A program made the translations under genes and the position numbers. 64,000 nt of DNA from a virus, in IMG/VR virus record IMGVR_UViG_3300027302_000005, positions 18,458 to 82,457 of that record. One strand, 5' to 3'. Within the stretch, counting starts at the first letter, position 1. Each line of letters begins with the position of its first letter. Below the pieces are notes generated by a model, which saw nothing but the letters and a program-made list of their open reading frames with translations, did not search any database and was not told where the DNA came from. This document shows, one piece after another, positions 1 to 10,368 of the stretch.

Positions 1-189
1 TGGGTTGTTGATTATAAGTATGAAGTATGTACCAACATTTTTCAGCGTAAGTCTGACGGGAAGTATTTTGCTCAAGACCGTACTCGCTCTGGAAGCCACT
101 ATTCTGACTACTATTATGAAGACCCCGAAGACTTGTACGAAGTGGTGAAGCAAGAAGTTGTCAAGCATGAATGGAAAATGGTGAAATAA
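1..189 (+). CDS. 3' end of hypothetical protein (runs off window start)
   Basis: Open frame 1 WVVDYKYEVC...HEWKMVK ending TAA at 187-189, abutting next ATG. Confidence 0.7.
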   Translation, partial: WVVDYKYEVCTNIFQRKSDGKYFAQDRTRSGSHYSDYYYEDPEDLYEVVKQEVVKHEWKMVK

Positions 190-1200
190 ATGTCTCGTGT
201 GCTGCTTGACGATGAGTTGTTCTCATCAATTGATTTGTCTAAACGTACAGTGGTGATTGATGCTGACACTTTGTTGTTTCAAGCAGCCGTTTGTCAGCAA
301 AAGACAACCTACCTTGTAACACACAATCAGTCTGGCAACGGTGGGTGGTTTGTAGAGAACAAGAGGCAATTCAAGGAATGGCTACTAACTGAAGAAGCTG
401 AAGGGTTTACTGAAGAGGATTACACACTCTCACCTGTCACGACATTGCATGGCGAGATTAGCTACGCTTGCCACACGTTCAAACAACGTATTGAAGAGGT
501 TGTCCGTAACACTGGTGCAGACGATTTCCGTATCTGTATTCAAGGAAGTGATAATTTTCGAAAACACAAGGAATCTAAGTACGTTCGCTACAAGGCAAAC
601 AGGTCAGGTGATAAGCCAATTTTGCTAAAAGAGCTTGCTGAATGGGTGAAGGTGAAGTACAAAGATAAGTGTCTTGTATCTAAGGGGGAGGAAAGTGACG
701 ATGTTGTGACACGATTCTCTTACTGGTTCCTGAAGCAAGCAAAATCTCGTGACCAATACAAAGCTGTTATTGCTTTTGTTGATAAAGATATTGCAGCCAA
801 TCATGTCGGGTGGAGCTACAACTACAACAAACCTGAAGACGGGGTGTGGTGGAATAGCAAGAAAGATATGCAATTCAATCACTGTATGATGGTGCTAACA
901 GGAGATGCAGCAGATAACGTTACAGGACTTGGTAAGCTATCACCTCAGATTATTGAGAAATACAGCCTGCGCTCTACCAAAGGGGTTGGTAAGGTTAGTG
1001 CTGAAGCTATTCTTTCTGGCGCTGAAACTGAAAAAGAAAGGTGGGAAAGGATTATTGAAGCTTACAGAGCTTCGTGGCCTGAAGACGGAATGAAACGTCT
1101 TGAAGAAATGAACTGGTTTATGTGGCTTCGTCGTACAGAAGAAGAAGATTTCTGTTTAGATAAGTATCTTACTAAAATTGGAGTAGAGATGAATGTTTGA
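190..1200 (+). CDS. 5'-3' exonuclease (T7 gp6/FEN-like)
   Basis: VIDADTL, YKANR, ESDD, DKD and GDAADNV-G-GK acidic motifs of the FEN family. Confidence 0.9.
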   Translation: MSRVLLDDELFSSIDLSKRTVVIDADTLLFQAAVCQQKTTYLVTHNQSGNGGWFVENKRQFKEWLLTEEAEGFTEEDYTLSPVTTLHGEISYACHTFKQRIEEVVRNTGADDFRICIQGSDNFRKHKESKYVRYKANRSGDKPILLKELAEWVKVKYKDKCLVSKGEESDDVVTRFSYWFLKQAKSRDQYKAVIAFVDKDIAANHVGWSYNYNKPEDGVWWNSKKDMQFNHCMMVLTGDAADNVTGLGKLSPQIIEKYSLRSTKGVGKVSAEAILSGAETEKERWERIIEAYRASWPEDGMKRLEEMNWFMWLRRTEEEDFCLDKYLTKIGVEMNV

Positions 1201-1531
1201 AACAATCGAAGAAACGCTACACACGTTTGAAGATGGCCTAGACTTAGCAGATGTCCTTGCTGTCCTACAACAAATCCAAGCTGAAACCCAAGGGAAATAT
1301 ATCAGTATTGATATACGGACTAATGAATACACAGACTATGATTACGTTGTACACCAGATTCAAGTGATCGGTACTCGTCTTTCTACAAAAGAGGAAGAAG
1401 AACGAAACCGAAAGCGTTATGCTGAATACCTGACTGGCACTCTTGAGTCAACGGTTAGGAACCTAATCGACACAGATGCAGAGATTGCTAAAACTGTATT
1501 GGAGAAGCTACAGAGTGATTATTTCAAGTAA
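1193..1531 (+). CDS. hypothetical protein
   Basis: 112 aa ORF overlapping upstream stop, purine-rich RBS. Confidence 0.7.
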   Translation: MFETIEETLHTFEDGLDLADVLAVLQQIQAETQGKYISIDIRTNEYTDYDYVVHQIQVIGTRLSTKEEEERNRKRYAEYLTGTLESTVRNLIDTDAEIAKTVLEKLQSDYFK

Positions 1532-1769
1532 TAAAGTGTATGTAGCACGTACACTTGACGGGAAAGATATTGTTGCTCGGAAGGTGAATGTTTCTGGTGA
1601 TGCAACGTTGTGGGCTTGGTTCCACAAGCAATCTCCCGTCTCACCAGCATTGCCAGAGAATGTTCTGAAGCTGCAAAGTGAGATTGTTCAAGGGACATTC
1701 CGAGAAGGTTGGTGTACTGAGACGGTTTATGATATTGTGGATGAAAATAAAGGAGAGGAAATTGACTAA
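1515..1769 (+). CDS. hypothetical protein
   Basis: Fills operon gap; GTG start chosen after GGAG, start uncertain. Confidence 0.55.
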   Translation: MIISSNKVYVARTLDGKDIVARKVNVSGDATLWAWFHKQSPVSPALPENVLKLQSEIVQGTFREGWCTETVYDIVDENKGEEID

Positions 1770-2358
1770 AAAGAAAGAACAAGAAGATAAGTTTTATTAC
1801 GAACCTTGGAATGATACTGCTATCTGGAAAACCAAAGCAGAGTTTTTCAAGTATATTCGTGGTACTTTGCGTATGGGGTGGAAAAGGTATCCTTTAAAAA
1901 TTGAATACCGTAATTCCATGACCATCCCCAACTTTGAAGGAAGTGGTGTGACGAATCCTAAAGTAAAGAAAGTTGGGCAATGTGACATCTGCAAGAACTG
2001 GTTTGCTCAGTCGGCTCTGGAATCAGACCATATCAAACCTTGCGGTACAATTCGAGATTGGGAGACAGCGGGGCAGTTCCTCCATAACATGTTTTGCGAT
2101 AAATCCAATATCCGTCTTTTGTGTCAGGTTTGCCATGGCCATGTCACTTACGCAGAACGAATGAAAATGTCAATGGAAGATGCCATTATCGAGAAACAAT
2201 GTGTAGCCTTTGGTAAGCTCTCAGCTTCAGACCAAGCTGCCAAGTTTCGTGAAGTTGGGATAGACCCAACCGAATACAGCACCAAGGAAAAGCGTAGGGA
2301 TAGGTGGCGTGAACATCTTAAATCTTTAGACAAAGAGAAGAGTTATGAAAATCATTGA
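1762..2358 (+). CDS. HNH-family endonuclease
   Basis: CDIC...ESDHIKP...NIRLLCQVCH; TTG start after AGGAGAGG. Confidence 0.8.
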   Translation: MTKKKEQEDKFYYEPWNDTAIWKTKAEFFKYIRGTLRMGWKRYPLKIEYRNSMTIPNFEGSGVTNPKVKKVGQCDICKNWFAQSALESDHIKPCGTIRDWETAGQFLHNMFCDKSNIRLLCQVCHGHVTYAERMKMSMEDAIIEKQCVAFGKLSASDQAAKFREVGIDPTEYSTKEKRRDRWREHLKSLDKEKSYENH

Positions 2359-2551
2359 CCGACAGATATTCCCGTTATCTGTGTTAAAAGATTGTTACAC
2401 TGTTGCTAGAACTGACAAGAAGATAATGGAATTGCTTGGGCTTTCTACAGACATTCCATTACCAAGTAATCAGCGCATCTATCATTTCTGTTTATATGAG
2501 CAAGGGATTGTTGTTGCAGAGCTATATCAATTTGATGACAAAGAGGACTGA
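2345..2551 (+). CDS. hypothetical protein
   Basis: Overlapping ORF in operon. Confidence 0.6.
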   Translation: MKIIDRQIFPLSVLKDCYTVARTDKKIMELLGLSTDIPLPSNQRIYHFCLYEQGIVVAELYQFDDKED

Positions 2552-2559
2552 GACACAAT

Positions 2560-3504
2560 ATGAAAATTGAACAACCTGAATGGGTGCAAGAATACTTCCA
2601 TCTTATTGACAACGGCTTCAGTCAACGGGGGGCTGCTGCTGTACTAGGTATTCCACGAACTACAATCCAAGACTACTTGAAACGTGTTGAACGTAACAAA
2701 GAGATGGCAAGCAATACCAAACCTAAAGGAATGCGCGTGCTTCTCGTGGATTTGGAGAGCGCACCAACTTTAGCTTACGTGTGGCGACGTTGGAAGCAGA
2801 ACATCGGTAGTAACCAAGTTGAGAAAGAAGGGAGCTACATGCTCACAGCAGCTTGGAAATGGCTTGGTGAAGATGAGATGCACTGTGCTTTCGCCAAAGA
2901 CCCGGTTGAGGGGGATGATAGCAATATCTGTGCATTGTTATATGAAGCTATTGAAAACTCAGACGTGATTGTGGCTCACAATCTCAATGGGTTCGATTAT
3001 CCAATCCTGAATGCTCGGATGATTCAGAACGGCTTCCCGCCAATGAAAACCGTCAAGAAGGTTGATACGCTTGCAATTGCAAAGAAGAACTTTCGATTTA
3101 ACACGAACAAGTTGGATGACTTGGGTAAGTATCTGGGTGTTGGACGTAAGATTGAGACTGGTGGGTTTGAGCTTTGGCACAAGACAATCAAAGGAGACAA
3201 TGAGGCATTCTGTCAGATGATGGACTATAACAAGCAAGATGTTCTGTTGCTTGAGCAAGTTTATCTAAAGCTTCGTGCCTTTGACACCAATCCAGCAGCT
3301 AATGCTGGCCACTACTACGAAGATAACCTTAGTCGCTGTCCTGTGTGCGGAAGCAGTGAAGTTGTGGAAACAGGAAACAATGTCTACACACCCGTAAGCC
3401 GCTTTGCTGAGATGATTTGTAACGATTGTGGGCATCGTAGCCGTCAACGACACAATATCAGTGACATCGAGAAGCGCAGAGGAATGCTCATCACACCTAA
3501 ATAA
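2560..3504 (+). CDS. DnaQ/DEDD-like 3'-5' exonuclease with N-terminal HTH and C-terminal Zn ribbon
   Basis: HTH SQRGAAAVLGIPRTTI; ExoI DLES, ExoII HNLNGFD, ExoIII YNKQD; CPVC...CNDC. Confidence 0.85.
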   Translation: MKIEQPEWVQEYFHLIDNGFSQRGAAAVLGIPRTTIQDYLKRVERNKEMASNTKPKGMRVLLVDLESAPTLAYVWRRWKQNIGSNQVEKEGSYMLTAAWKWLGEDEMHCAFAKDPVEGDDSNICALLYEAIENSDVIVAHNLNGFDYPILNARMIQNGFPPMKTVKKVDTLAIAKKNFRFNTNKLDDLGKYLGVGRKIETGGFELWHKTIKGDNEAFCQMMDYNKQDVLLLEQVYLKLRAFDTNPAANAGHYYEDNLSRCPVCGSSEVVETGNNVYTPVSRFAEMICNDCGHRSRQRHNISDIEKRRGMLITPK

Positions 3505-3631
3505 AGTCCAATTTTCTGTACACTACCCCCTAAAACAGCACATAATGGTCAATAAAGAGGCCATTATGCTGCTTCATCTATCGAACATATCCCTTCGATA
3601 TGCCCCATCTGTAAATCTTTTCTCAAAGCTG

Positions 3632-3660
3632 TTGACACATATCTTCCTTTTCAGTAAACT
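3632..3660 (+). promoter_or_regulatory. sigma70-type promoter
   Basis: TTGACA-N17-TAAACT in intergenic gap. Confidence 0.75.
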
Positions 3661-3693
3661 CCCCTTATCGAAACAAACAACGCGAGAAGAACA

Positions 3694-4050
3694 ATGTACA
3701 CAATCTCATTCTCAGCAACATTCCCTGAAGATTTCTATCAAGAAATCAAGACAACATTTCTTGAGAAGAAGCTATCTTGGCGAAGCATTGATTCTGTTGG
3801 GTTGACAATGTGGCAATCAATGGCATTTCGTCGATTTGCAAATCACCGAGACAGCTATTACATTGGTGGAAACTACGGAGAGAAGGACACAACACTATTT
3901 CAAGATGCTAATTGTTGTGTTACAATGACCTGTACAATTCCGGCAGAATACAATGAGGAATTTAAGATGCTGTTACAACAGTTCCTTATTAGTTGTGCTG
4001 ATGATTTTGATCTCTATGTGAACAAAGGGGAAGAATATGAACAAGTTTAA
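3694..4050 (+). CDS. hypothetical protein
   Basis: First ORF after promoter. Confidence 0.7.
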   Translation: MYTISFSATFPEDFYQEIKTTFLEKKLSWRSIDSVGLTMWQSMAFRRFANHRDSYYIGGNYGEKDTTLFQDANCCVTMTCTIPAEYNEEFKMLLQQFLISCADDFDLYVNKGEEYEQV

Positions 4051-4672
4051 AGTCGGGGATAAGGTGGAACTGAAGCACGACACTTACGGCTTTCTAGCAA
4101 AGGCTGGATTTCGTATGGGCAAGGTGTATACAGTTAAAGAGGTGGACACTGAAACTGATCGGGTATATGTCAAAGAAACTCTTGGTTGTATACATTACAC
4201 TCATTTTGAACTTTACAAAGAACCAACTCAGGAGAAACAACCAATGAAAACCAAACACATCCCTTTCAGTGAAGATTCATGGACAAAGAACAGAACGTGT
4301 AGCGTATTCTGGAAGCCTACGAATACAGTGATTCTCTATTTTAACCGTTGGTTAGATGGGCATGATAGCCGATTCATTGGTGTGTGTAAAGCAACTGAAT
4401 CAGAATACTGTGCAACAACTTTTAGCCAGTACGACTTTTCCAACATGGAACTGGAAATCCCCGTAACAACCAAGCGTATTCCGTTTGATGCTAGTCGGAA
4501 AGATGCGAAGGTGCTGCTTGCTCATGCAAACAGTCGGGTTGAATTGATTGAATGGGTACAGATGGAAAAGAGTAGCGTTGTAGTCGGGGTTACTGAAGAT
4601 AAGCTAGATTGCGGTGGGTTTTTCACCGCAATATATCACCCTAATGATCTTGAAATGGAAATTGAAGAATAA
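4037..4672 (+). CDS. hypothetical protein, KOW/SH3-like N-terminus and internal repeat
   Basis: KFKVGDKV start; repeated KHIPF...MELEI / KRIPF...LEMEI. Confidence 0.7.
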   Translation: MNKFKVGDKVELKHDTYGFLAKAGFRMGKVYTVKEVDTETDRVYVKETLGCIHYTHFELYKEPTQEKQPMKTKHIPFSEDSWTKNRTCSVFWKPTNTVILYFNRWLDGHDSRFIGVCKATESEYCATTFSQYDFSNMELEIPVTTKRIPFDASRKDAKVLLAHANSRVELIEWVQMEKSSVVVGVTEDKLDCGGFFTAIYHPNDLEMEIEE

Positions 4673-4908
4673 TGTCTGACACAATTTCCTTTACATTGCG
4701 ACATCACATACAGTATGATGTTGTCAATGCAACAGCGTATGAACGTGATATTATTCTAGCTGAATTGAATGGAAAGAAAGTTGAACAACAATTCAATTCA
4801 ACAGTGGAAGCTCTTATTTGGTTGGTAGAACAAACCACTGGAAAAAATGTTAAAATCAAACATTATTTCAGTGGCCCTTTTAAGCAGGAGAAGAAAGAAG
4901 ATGAATGA
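4672..4908 (+). CDS. hypothetical protein
   Basis: TAATG-coupled ORF. Confidence 0.65.
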   Translation: MSDTISFTLRHHIQYDVVNATAYERDIILAELNGKKVEQQFNSTVEALIWLVEQTTGKNVKIKHYFSGPFKQEKKEDE

Positions 4909-5458
4909 CTTCAAGGTTGGGGATATTGTAGTTTGGAATGGAATGTGTGGTGACAAAACATTTGAAATTGGTAAAAAGGGAAAGGTTATGGAGTATTACA
5001 CTACACATGACGTAGATTTTTTAAGGGTTGATGTTGCTGGATACCAAGACTCTTACTTTGCTTGGCGTTGGGATTTGGTTTCACCAGAAACTACGATTTC
5101 AACCACTGTTGAAACAGAGCAACCCACTGAAACCAAAGCTACACAAACAGGTGGAAGCACACCAAACCAATATCGTCTTTCTATCAACCTCCCTTTGACA
5201 GAAGATCGTACACAATACGTTGATGTTGATCTTGAAGCAATGGATGTTATTGATGCTTTGGATTTGTCTGGTAATCTGAAAGATGTTCAGAAAGCCTTGT
5301 TCCGTATGGGGAAGAAAGATGGAACGCCAGAAACATATGATTTCAACAAGTGCATCTTCTTCTTGTTGCGGGAGATGAAGAAACGTGGCATTATTAGTCA
5401 TGGGAAGTTTTGGGAAGCTACTAAAGCTATTGATGAAGTGCTGAGTAAATGTGAATGA
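4901..5458 (+). CDS. hypothetical protein, DUF3310-like C-terminus
   Basis: EAMDVIDAL...KALFRMGKKDG...DFNKC resembles the DUF3310 pattern. Confidence 0.6.
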   Translation: MNDFKVGDIVVWNGMCGDKTFEIGKKGKVMEYYTTHDVDFLRVDVAGYQDSYFAWRWDLVSPETTISTTVETEQPTETKATQTGGSTPNQYRLSINLPLTEDRTQYVDVDLEAMDVIDALDLSGNLKDVQKALFRMGKKDGTPETYDFNKCIFFLLREMKKRGIISHGKFWEATKAIDEVLSKCE

Positions 5459-5724
5459 AAACCTATAATTACATCCCCTACCAAGAGTATTGTCCGATTG
5501 ATTGCACTGTAGAATATCGTCGGAAATACAATGTTGGGGATGTGTTCGAGAATAAAGCTAAGTGCTTGTCATGCGGGGATGTGATTACATCAAAGCATGT
5601 ACATGATTTTGTCTGGTGTAGTTGTGGGAAGTTGGGTGTTGATGGGGGTAGCCACTATGCTAAGCGTAATTTCCAGAATGTTGATGGGTGGGAAGAGATG
5701 TCTGTTGCATATGAAAATGTGTAA
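5455..5724 (+). CDS. Cys-rich hypothetical protein
   Basis: CLSCGDVITSKHVHDFVWCSCG..VDGG. Confidence 0.7.
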   Translation: MKTYNYIPYQEYCPIDCTVEYRRKYNVGDVFENKAKCLSCGDVITSKHVHDFVWCSCGKLGVDGGSHYAKRNFQNVDGWEEMSVAYENV

Positions 5725-5733
5725 TGGTATAAT
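5705..5733 (+). promoter_or_regulatory. sigma70-type promoter
   Basis: TTGCAT-N17-TATAAT with extended TG. Confidence 0.6.
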
Positions 5734-5766
5734 TATTTTCCGGTACGGTGAAATAGGAGAAAGTTA

Positions 5767-6279
5767 ATGCGGAAGTATGGGCTAAAAGAATTTGAAGAGG
5801 ATATTGCTTTCTTCAACGAAGCATGTGGTGTGGCGTCTTACGATGAAGACAGTAAGCCAGAAGATGTGTATCAAGGTGTTCTAAGGCAATACAACATCAT
5901 TCAAGAAGAACTGAATGAACTCAAACATGCTGCTGAAACACAAGACGAAACAGAAATGTTGGATGCTGTTGTCGATGTCCTATTCACATCCTTACGGTTG
6001 GTTAGTCTACTTGATAAGCGTTACAATATAATGGCTGGATGTAAAGCTGTTGCAGAGAACAACGCTTTAAAATATACAAGCAGTAAAGATAGAGCGAGAC
6101 AGTGGCAGATGACTAAGAAAGAGAAAACGATTGACTGTGAATTAGTTGAAACTAACGTATTTACAGGCTATGATTGTGGAACGGACTATGACACCTACTA
6201 TTGCATCAAGAACGCAAAAGGTAAGGTGCTGAAGTATGAAGGATTCCCTCAGGTTGATTTAAGCGTTATGAGGAACTGA
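5767..6279 (+). CDS. MazG/all-alpha NTP pyrophosphohydrolase
   Basis: IQEELNEL...EMLDAVVDVL...NNALK...GKVLK. Confidence 0.75.
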   Translation: MRKYGLKEFEEDIAFFNEACGVASYDEDSKPEDVYQGVLRQYNIIQEELNELKHAAETQDETEMLDAVVDVLFTSLRLVSLLDKRYNIMAGCKAVAENNALKYTSSKDRARQWQMTKKEKTIDCELVETNVFTGYDCGTDYDTYYCIKNAKGKVLKYEGFPQVDLSVMRN

Positions 6280-6282
6280 AAA

Positions 6283-6471
6283 ATGTCATTTGATGGGTTT
6301 ACCGGAGCAATGCTTGTGCTGCTTGCGATGTTTTTCCTGATGTTGGGGTTTGCTTTTAGTGAAACTGCAACCCTAGATGACTGTGTTTCTATGGGTAAAA
6401 CACGCATTCAAGGAAAGGTTTACATCTGTTATCCAGAACAACGGAAAGAGAATAATGCAACAGAAAACTGA
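6283..6471 (+). CDS. small membrane protein
   Basis: N-terminal hydrophobic helix. Confidence 0.6.
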   Translation: MSFDGFTGAMLVLLAMFFLMLGFAFSETATLDDCVSMGKTRIQGKVYICYPEQRKENNATEN

Positions 6472-6652
6472 AATTGACAACGAATTGGTTGGTTGGCTAT
6501 ATGCTGAAGCTATGAATCTTTGTGCTGTAGCCAATCGTGTTGAAAATACATGGTTCAGAGAATCTCCGCAGATGAAAGATGACGTGGCTTCGCTACGGAA
6601 CATTCTGAACCAGTTTAATATGATTCTTTACGGGAAGAAATATGATGCGTGA
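6455..6652 (+). CDS. hypothetical protein
   Basis: ORF starting MQQKTE. Confidence 0.6.
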   Translation: MQQKTEIDNELVGWLYAEAMNLCAVANRVENTWFRESPQMKDDVASLRNILNQFNMILYGKKYDA

Positions 6653-6813
6653 TTTCATTGACGTATATGTTGGAAAAGATGTAATGTGGTTTGGTTGTCG
6701 CTGTGTTGTTACAGAGATTATTGAACATATTGGGGGCAACCATGAAGTATCGCTATCGCTCAATGGGCGAGTGTATTGGGATTATCTTAGTGAGCTTGAA
6801 GAGGTGGAATAAA

Positions 6814-6954
6814 ATGGCTGAGACAAAACGCATCATTGTGAGAATTACCCTACCAGATGAAAGCGGCTGGACGTTGGAAGATGTCTGCGACGAATTAGAA
6901 TCAGCCCTTTCTGATGTTGCTGACTATACAGGTGCTGTGGTGGAGTTTAATTAA
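6814..6954 (+). CDS. hypothetical protein
   Basis: MAETKRII after GAGGTGG RBS. Confidence 0.55.
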   Translation: MAETKRIIVRITLPDESGWTLEDVCDELESALSDVADYTGAVVEFN

Positions 6955-7104
6955 TTGGGAAGAACAATCCGTAAATCTGAGATTGATGAATACATTTCAG
7001 AAGCAGAGGCACGAAAACAAGTCAAGCTGAAGAAGCAGGCTACCAAGGAAACACGCAACAAGCGTAAAGAGAAGAAACAATATGACACAGACATTGAACA
7101 ATAA
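6955..7104 (+). CDS. small basic protein (not in ORF track)
   Basis: TTG start after GGAG; GRTIRKSEIDEY...KETRNKRKEKKQYDTDIEQ. Confidence 0.55.
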   Translation: MGRTIRKSEIDEYISEAEARKQVKLKKQATKETRNKRKEKKQYDTDIEQ

Positions 7105-7471
7105 CGATATTGTTGTAGAACAATGTTGGTATGACAAGGCTAGTGCCTATCGGGAATGTCCTACTGGTTGGCAACACATTGCAAAGCAAGTGGAAGCCGT
7201 GTTGCTTGCTGAAGGGTGTGATGTTGAACAGATGAAAGAGAAGTTTGGTGAGTTGCGTGTCTACTACATTGAACCGCCAGAATGGGATGATTTGACACAG
7301 GATGGATACGAAGATAAGCTTGTTCAGATTGACACATTGATTGAGATAGCCGATCATGTGTGCCAGCGAACGTGTATGGTTTGTGGAGAAACTGGCGAAG
7401 AGCGGGTACACTTTGGTTGGATTGAAGTGTTGTGTGATGAACATTGGAATGAATTGAATAAGGGGAATTAA
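7082..7471 (+). CDS. hypothetical protein
   Basis: EQMKEKFGELRVY...CMVCG...LCDEH, a common phage protein pattern. Confidence 0.75.
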   Translation: MTQTLNNNDIVVEQCWYDKASAYRECPTGWQHIAKQVEAVLLAEGCDVEQMKEKFGELRVYYIEPPEWDDLTQDGYEDKLVQIDTLIEIADHVCQRTCMVCGETGEERVHFGWIEVLCDEHWNELNKGN

Positions 7472-7473
7472 GA

Positions 7474-8127
7474 TTGTACAATTTCATTAAAGTAAGGGCT
7501 ATTGGTGTTACACAACCACTGGTAGATTTCATTCCCAACAGTGAAGGGATTATTAGCTACGCAGCGCGTGTAAGCGCCCCTAACAACCAGACAAACTTTG
7601 AGACAGCAGATAAGCTACTTGGTTATTGTGCTAAAAATGCACATTGGAGTGTTTTTGAAACGTGTAGCATCACAATGGAAATTGAAGCTCCTCGTGACAT
7701 TTGCCGCCAGATTCTTCGACATCGAAGCTTTAGTTTTCAGGAATTTAGCCAACGTTATGCAGAAGCTGCTAAGTTTTGTTATCGGGATGTTCGCCTGCAA
7801 GACCACAAGAACCGACAGAATAGTATTGCAACTGACGATGAAGAACTGAAGGCTTGGTGGAATGAGGAACAGGAATGGTTGATTGGTCACATCTCTCGCC
7901 TGTATGAAGATGCTATTGCTAAGGGTATTGCAAAGGAAGTGGCTCGTGTTCTCTTGCCAGAGGGGTTGACAATGAGCAAGATGTACATGCAAGGAAGTGT
8001 ACGTAGTTGGATGCACTACATCAACCTACGTTCAGATAACGGAACACAACTGGAACATTGCGATGTGGCACTGAAAGCAAAAGAAGAATTTATCAAATTG
8101 TTCCCATCTTTGGAGAAGTTTGTATGA
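7474..8127 (+). CDS. thyX: flavin-dependent thymidylate synthase
   Basis: RHRSFSFQEFSQRY signature, HWSVFE, EVARVLLP; TTG start. Confidence 0.97.
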   Translation: MYNFIKVRAIGVTQPLVDFIPNSEGIISYAARVSAPNNQTNFETADKLLGYCAKNAHWSVFETCSITMEIEAPRDICRQILRHRSFSFQEFSQRYAEAAKFCYRDVRLQDHKNRQNSIATDDEELKAWWNEEQEWLIGHISRLYEDAIAKGIAKEVARVLLPEGLTMSKMYMQGSVRSWMHYINLRSDNGTQLEHCDVALKAKEEFIKLFPSLEKFV

Positions 8128-8495
8128 CACGGTTAGTTAGTTTTAAGAACATCAGCCTGAGTGACCTCATAAGGTGTCCCGGTTATGACGGAACTGAAGC
8201 AAAGACAAAAGAACTGTTGTGGCAGCTTGGTGTAGATACGAAGCATGAAATAGAAATTTTAGTGGTTCAACACAGAAATATGCAGAATCAAGTAGTCACT
8301 TGTGAATACTACATGGGACGGGAACGTACCGACCGTGAGTACATTCAATCAGGACATGCCAGTATTGAAGCATTGTATGCCAGTAAACCTGATGCAGAAT
8401 TGCAGAAGGACATGATTAAGATGAGTCGGCAAGGGCAAGGAAGTAGGGAGTTTAAGATTAACAAGAGCGATAAGAACAAGGGGATGGATGAATGA
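8124..8495 (+). CDS. hypothetical protein
   Basis: ATGA-coupled between thyX and nrdA. Confidence 0.7.
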   Translation: MTRLVSFKNISLSDLIRCPGYDGTEAKTKELLWQLGVDTKHEIEILVVQHRNMQNQVVTCEYYMGRERTDREYIQSGHASIEALYASKPDAELQKDMIKMSRQGQGSREFKINKSDKNKGMDE

Positions 8496-10357
8496 CAATG
8501 AAAGGGAATAATTCGGTTGTAGAATATAACGGCATCATCATTGACAACTCACGAAACAACATCATCCCTGAAAAGGGATTGGCAATGCTGACAGCTAAAG
8601 GGTTTTACAAGAAAGACCATGAGGATAGCCCGCAACAGTCATTTGCCCGCGCAGCAGCGTGTTATTGCTTCGGGGATTATGAGTTCGCACAACGCATCTA
8701 TGATTATGCAAGTAAGCAGTGGTTTACAAATGCAAGTCCTGTTCTGAGTAATGCTGTAGATGTTGATTGGCCTACATTCACTAAGGAACAGTTTGAAGAA
8801 GCAGGTGACTGGTTGGAACGGAATGTTGAACCAGACGGGATGCCAATTTCTTGCTTCCTTGTCGAAATTCCTGATAACAAACGCGGGATTGTAAACAGCC
8901 GTACTGAAACAGCTTGGTTGTCTATGATGGGTGGGGGAGTTGGGGTGTATGCAGCCAACCGCTCTCCAGATGAGAAGAGTACAGGAGCAATGTCTCATCT
9001 TCGTGGATATGATGCTGATACGCTCTCATACAAGCAGACAGCAAGCCGACGAGGGAGCATTGCAGCGTATCTTGATGTAACACATCCTGAGATTATGCAA
9101 TTCATTGAGATGCGTAATCCTGTAGGTGGAGATGCAAACAAGAAATGCTTCAATCTTAATAACGCTGTAAATATTCCAGATTCGTTTATGGAAGCTGTTA
9201 TCAATGAACAAGAATATGAGCTAGTTGACCCCAAGCATGGCCCTACAGGGCGTAAGCTGAAAGCAACTGAAGTGTTCGAGAAGATTCTTGAAATGCGTTT
9301 TGAAACGGGTGAGCCGTATATTCATTTTATTGATACGACTAATCGTTCATTGCCGAATCAGATTAAGAATCCGCTATACAAGGTGAAACAGTCCAATTTA
9401 TGCAGTGAAGTGACGCTAATGACTTCAGAGAAGCGTACAGCAGTTTGTTGTCTGTCTTCTCTGAATCTTGAGAAATATGACGAATGGAAAGACACTAATA
9501 TTGTAGCTGACCTTGTTCGCTACCTTGACAATGTACTGGAATACTTCATTCGTCTTGCACCTCCTGAATTGCAGAAGGCTGTCTATTCTGCATCAAAGGA
9601 GAGGGCTATTGGTTTGGGAACTCTCGGTTTCCATTCCTACTTGCAAAGTAAGCTGATTCCGTTTGATAGCGGTGGATACAACAGTGCTGCACAACAGACA
9701 AGCATCATCTACGGACGAATCAAGCGCGAAGCTGAAGCTGCTTCTATGCAATTGGCTCTTGAACGTGGTGAGGCTCCAGATTGTGTTGGTAGTGGGTTCA
9801 GGAACAGTCATTTGTTAGCGATTGCTCCTAACGCTTCATCTGCCGATATTGTTGGTGCAAGCCCAAGCGTTGAGCCTTGGAGTAGTAATGCTTTCAATAG
9901 TCAAGGACGTGCTGGCTCATTCCTTATCAAGAACAGGTATCTTGAACGGGAGCTTGAGAAAGAAGGAATGAACACCAAGGAAATCTGGGATAGCATTATT
10001 GCTAATGAAGGTAGTTGTCAGCATCTAAAAGGGTTGTCTGAAGAAGTGAAGGCTGTATTCAAAACCTTTGAAGAGATTAACCCAATGTGGGTGGTGGAGT
10101 TGGCAGCTATTCGACAGCAGTTTATCTGCCAGAGCCAGAGTATTAACATCAAGGTTCCTAGCGATATTACACTGGAAGAGATGGCCGATATTCACATTGC
10201 TGCATGGAAGAAAGGGTTGAAAACGTTGTACTATTGCCGATCTAAAGCTGCTAATAAGGCTAGTGTCGGGACAGGGCAAGAAACCCCACTGAATGCTGTT
10301 CCAGTACGACAGAAGATTGAGTATGATGAGACAACCTGCCTTTCGTGTCAGGGCTAA
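8492..10357 (+). CDS. nrdA: class I ribonucleotide reductase alpha subunit
   Basis: PISCF, SNLCSE, AIAPNASS, KTLYY, C-terminal CLSC; no ATP cone apparent. Confidence 0.97.
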   Translation: MTMKGNNSVVEYNGIIIDNSRNNIIPEKGLAMLTAKGFYKKDHEDSPQQSFARAAACYCFGDYEFAQRIYDYASKQWFTNASPVLSNAVDVDWPTFTKEQFEEAGDWLERNVEPDGMPISCFLVEIPDNKRGIVNSRTETAWLSMMGGGVGVYAANRSPDEKSTGAMSHLRGYDADTLSYKQTASRRGSIAAYLDVTHPEIMQFIEMRNPVGGDANKKCFNLNNAVNIPDSFMEAVINEQEYELVDPKHGPTGRKLKATEVFEKILEMRFETGEPYIHFIDTTNRSLPNQIKNPLYKVKQSNLCSEVTLMTSEKRTAVCCLSSLNLEKYDEWKDTNIVADLVRYLDNVLEYFIRLAPPELQKAVYSASKERAIGLGTLGFHSYLQSKLIPFDSGGYNSAAQQTSIIYGRIKREAEAASMQLALERGEAPDCVGSGFRNSHLLAIAPNASSADIVGASPSVEPWSSNAFNSQGRAGSFLIKNRYLERELEKEGMNTKEIWDSIIANEGSCQHLKGLSEEVKAVFKTFEEINPMWVVELAAIRQQFICQSQSINIKVPSDITLEEMADIHIAAWKKGLKTLYYCRSKAANKASVGTGQETPLNAVPVRQKIEYDETTCLSCQG

Positions 10358-10368
10358 GGAGAATAAGA

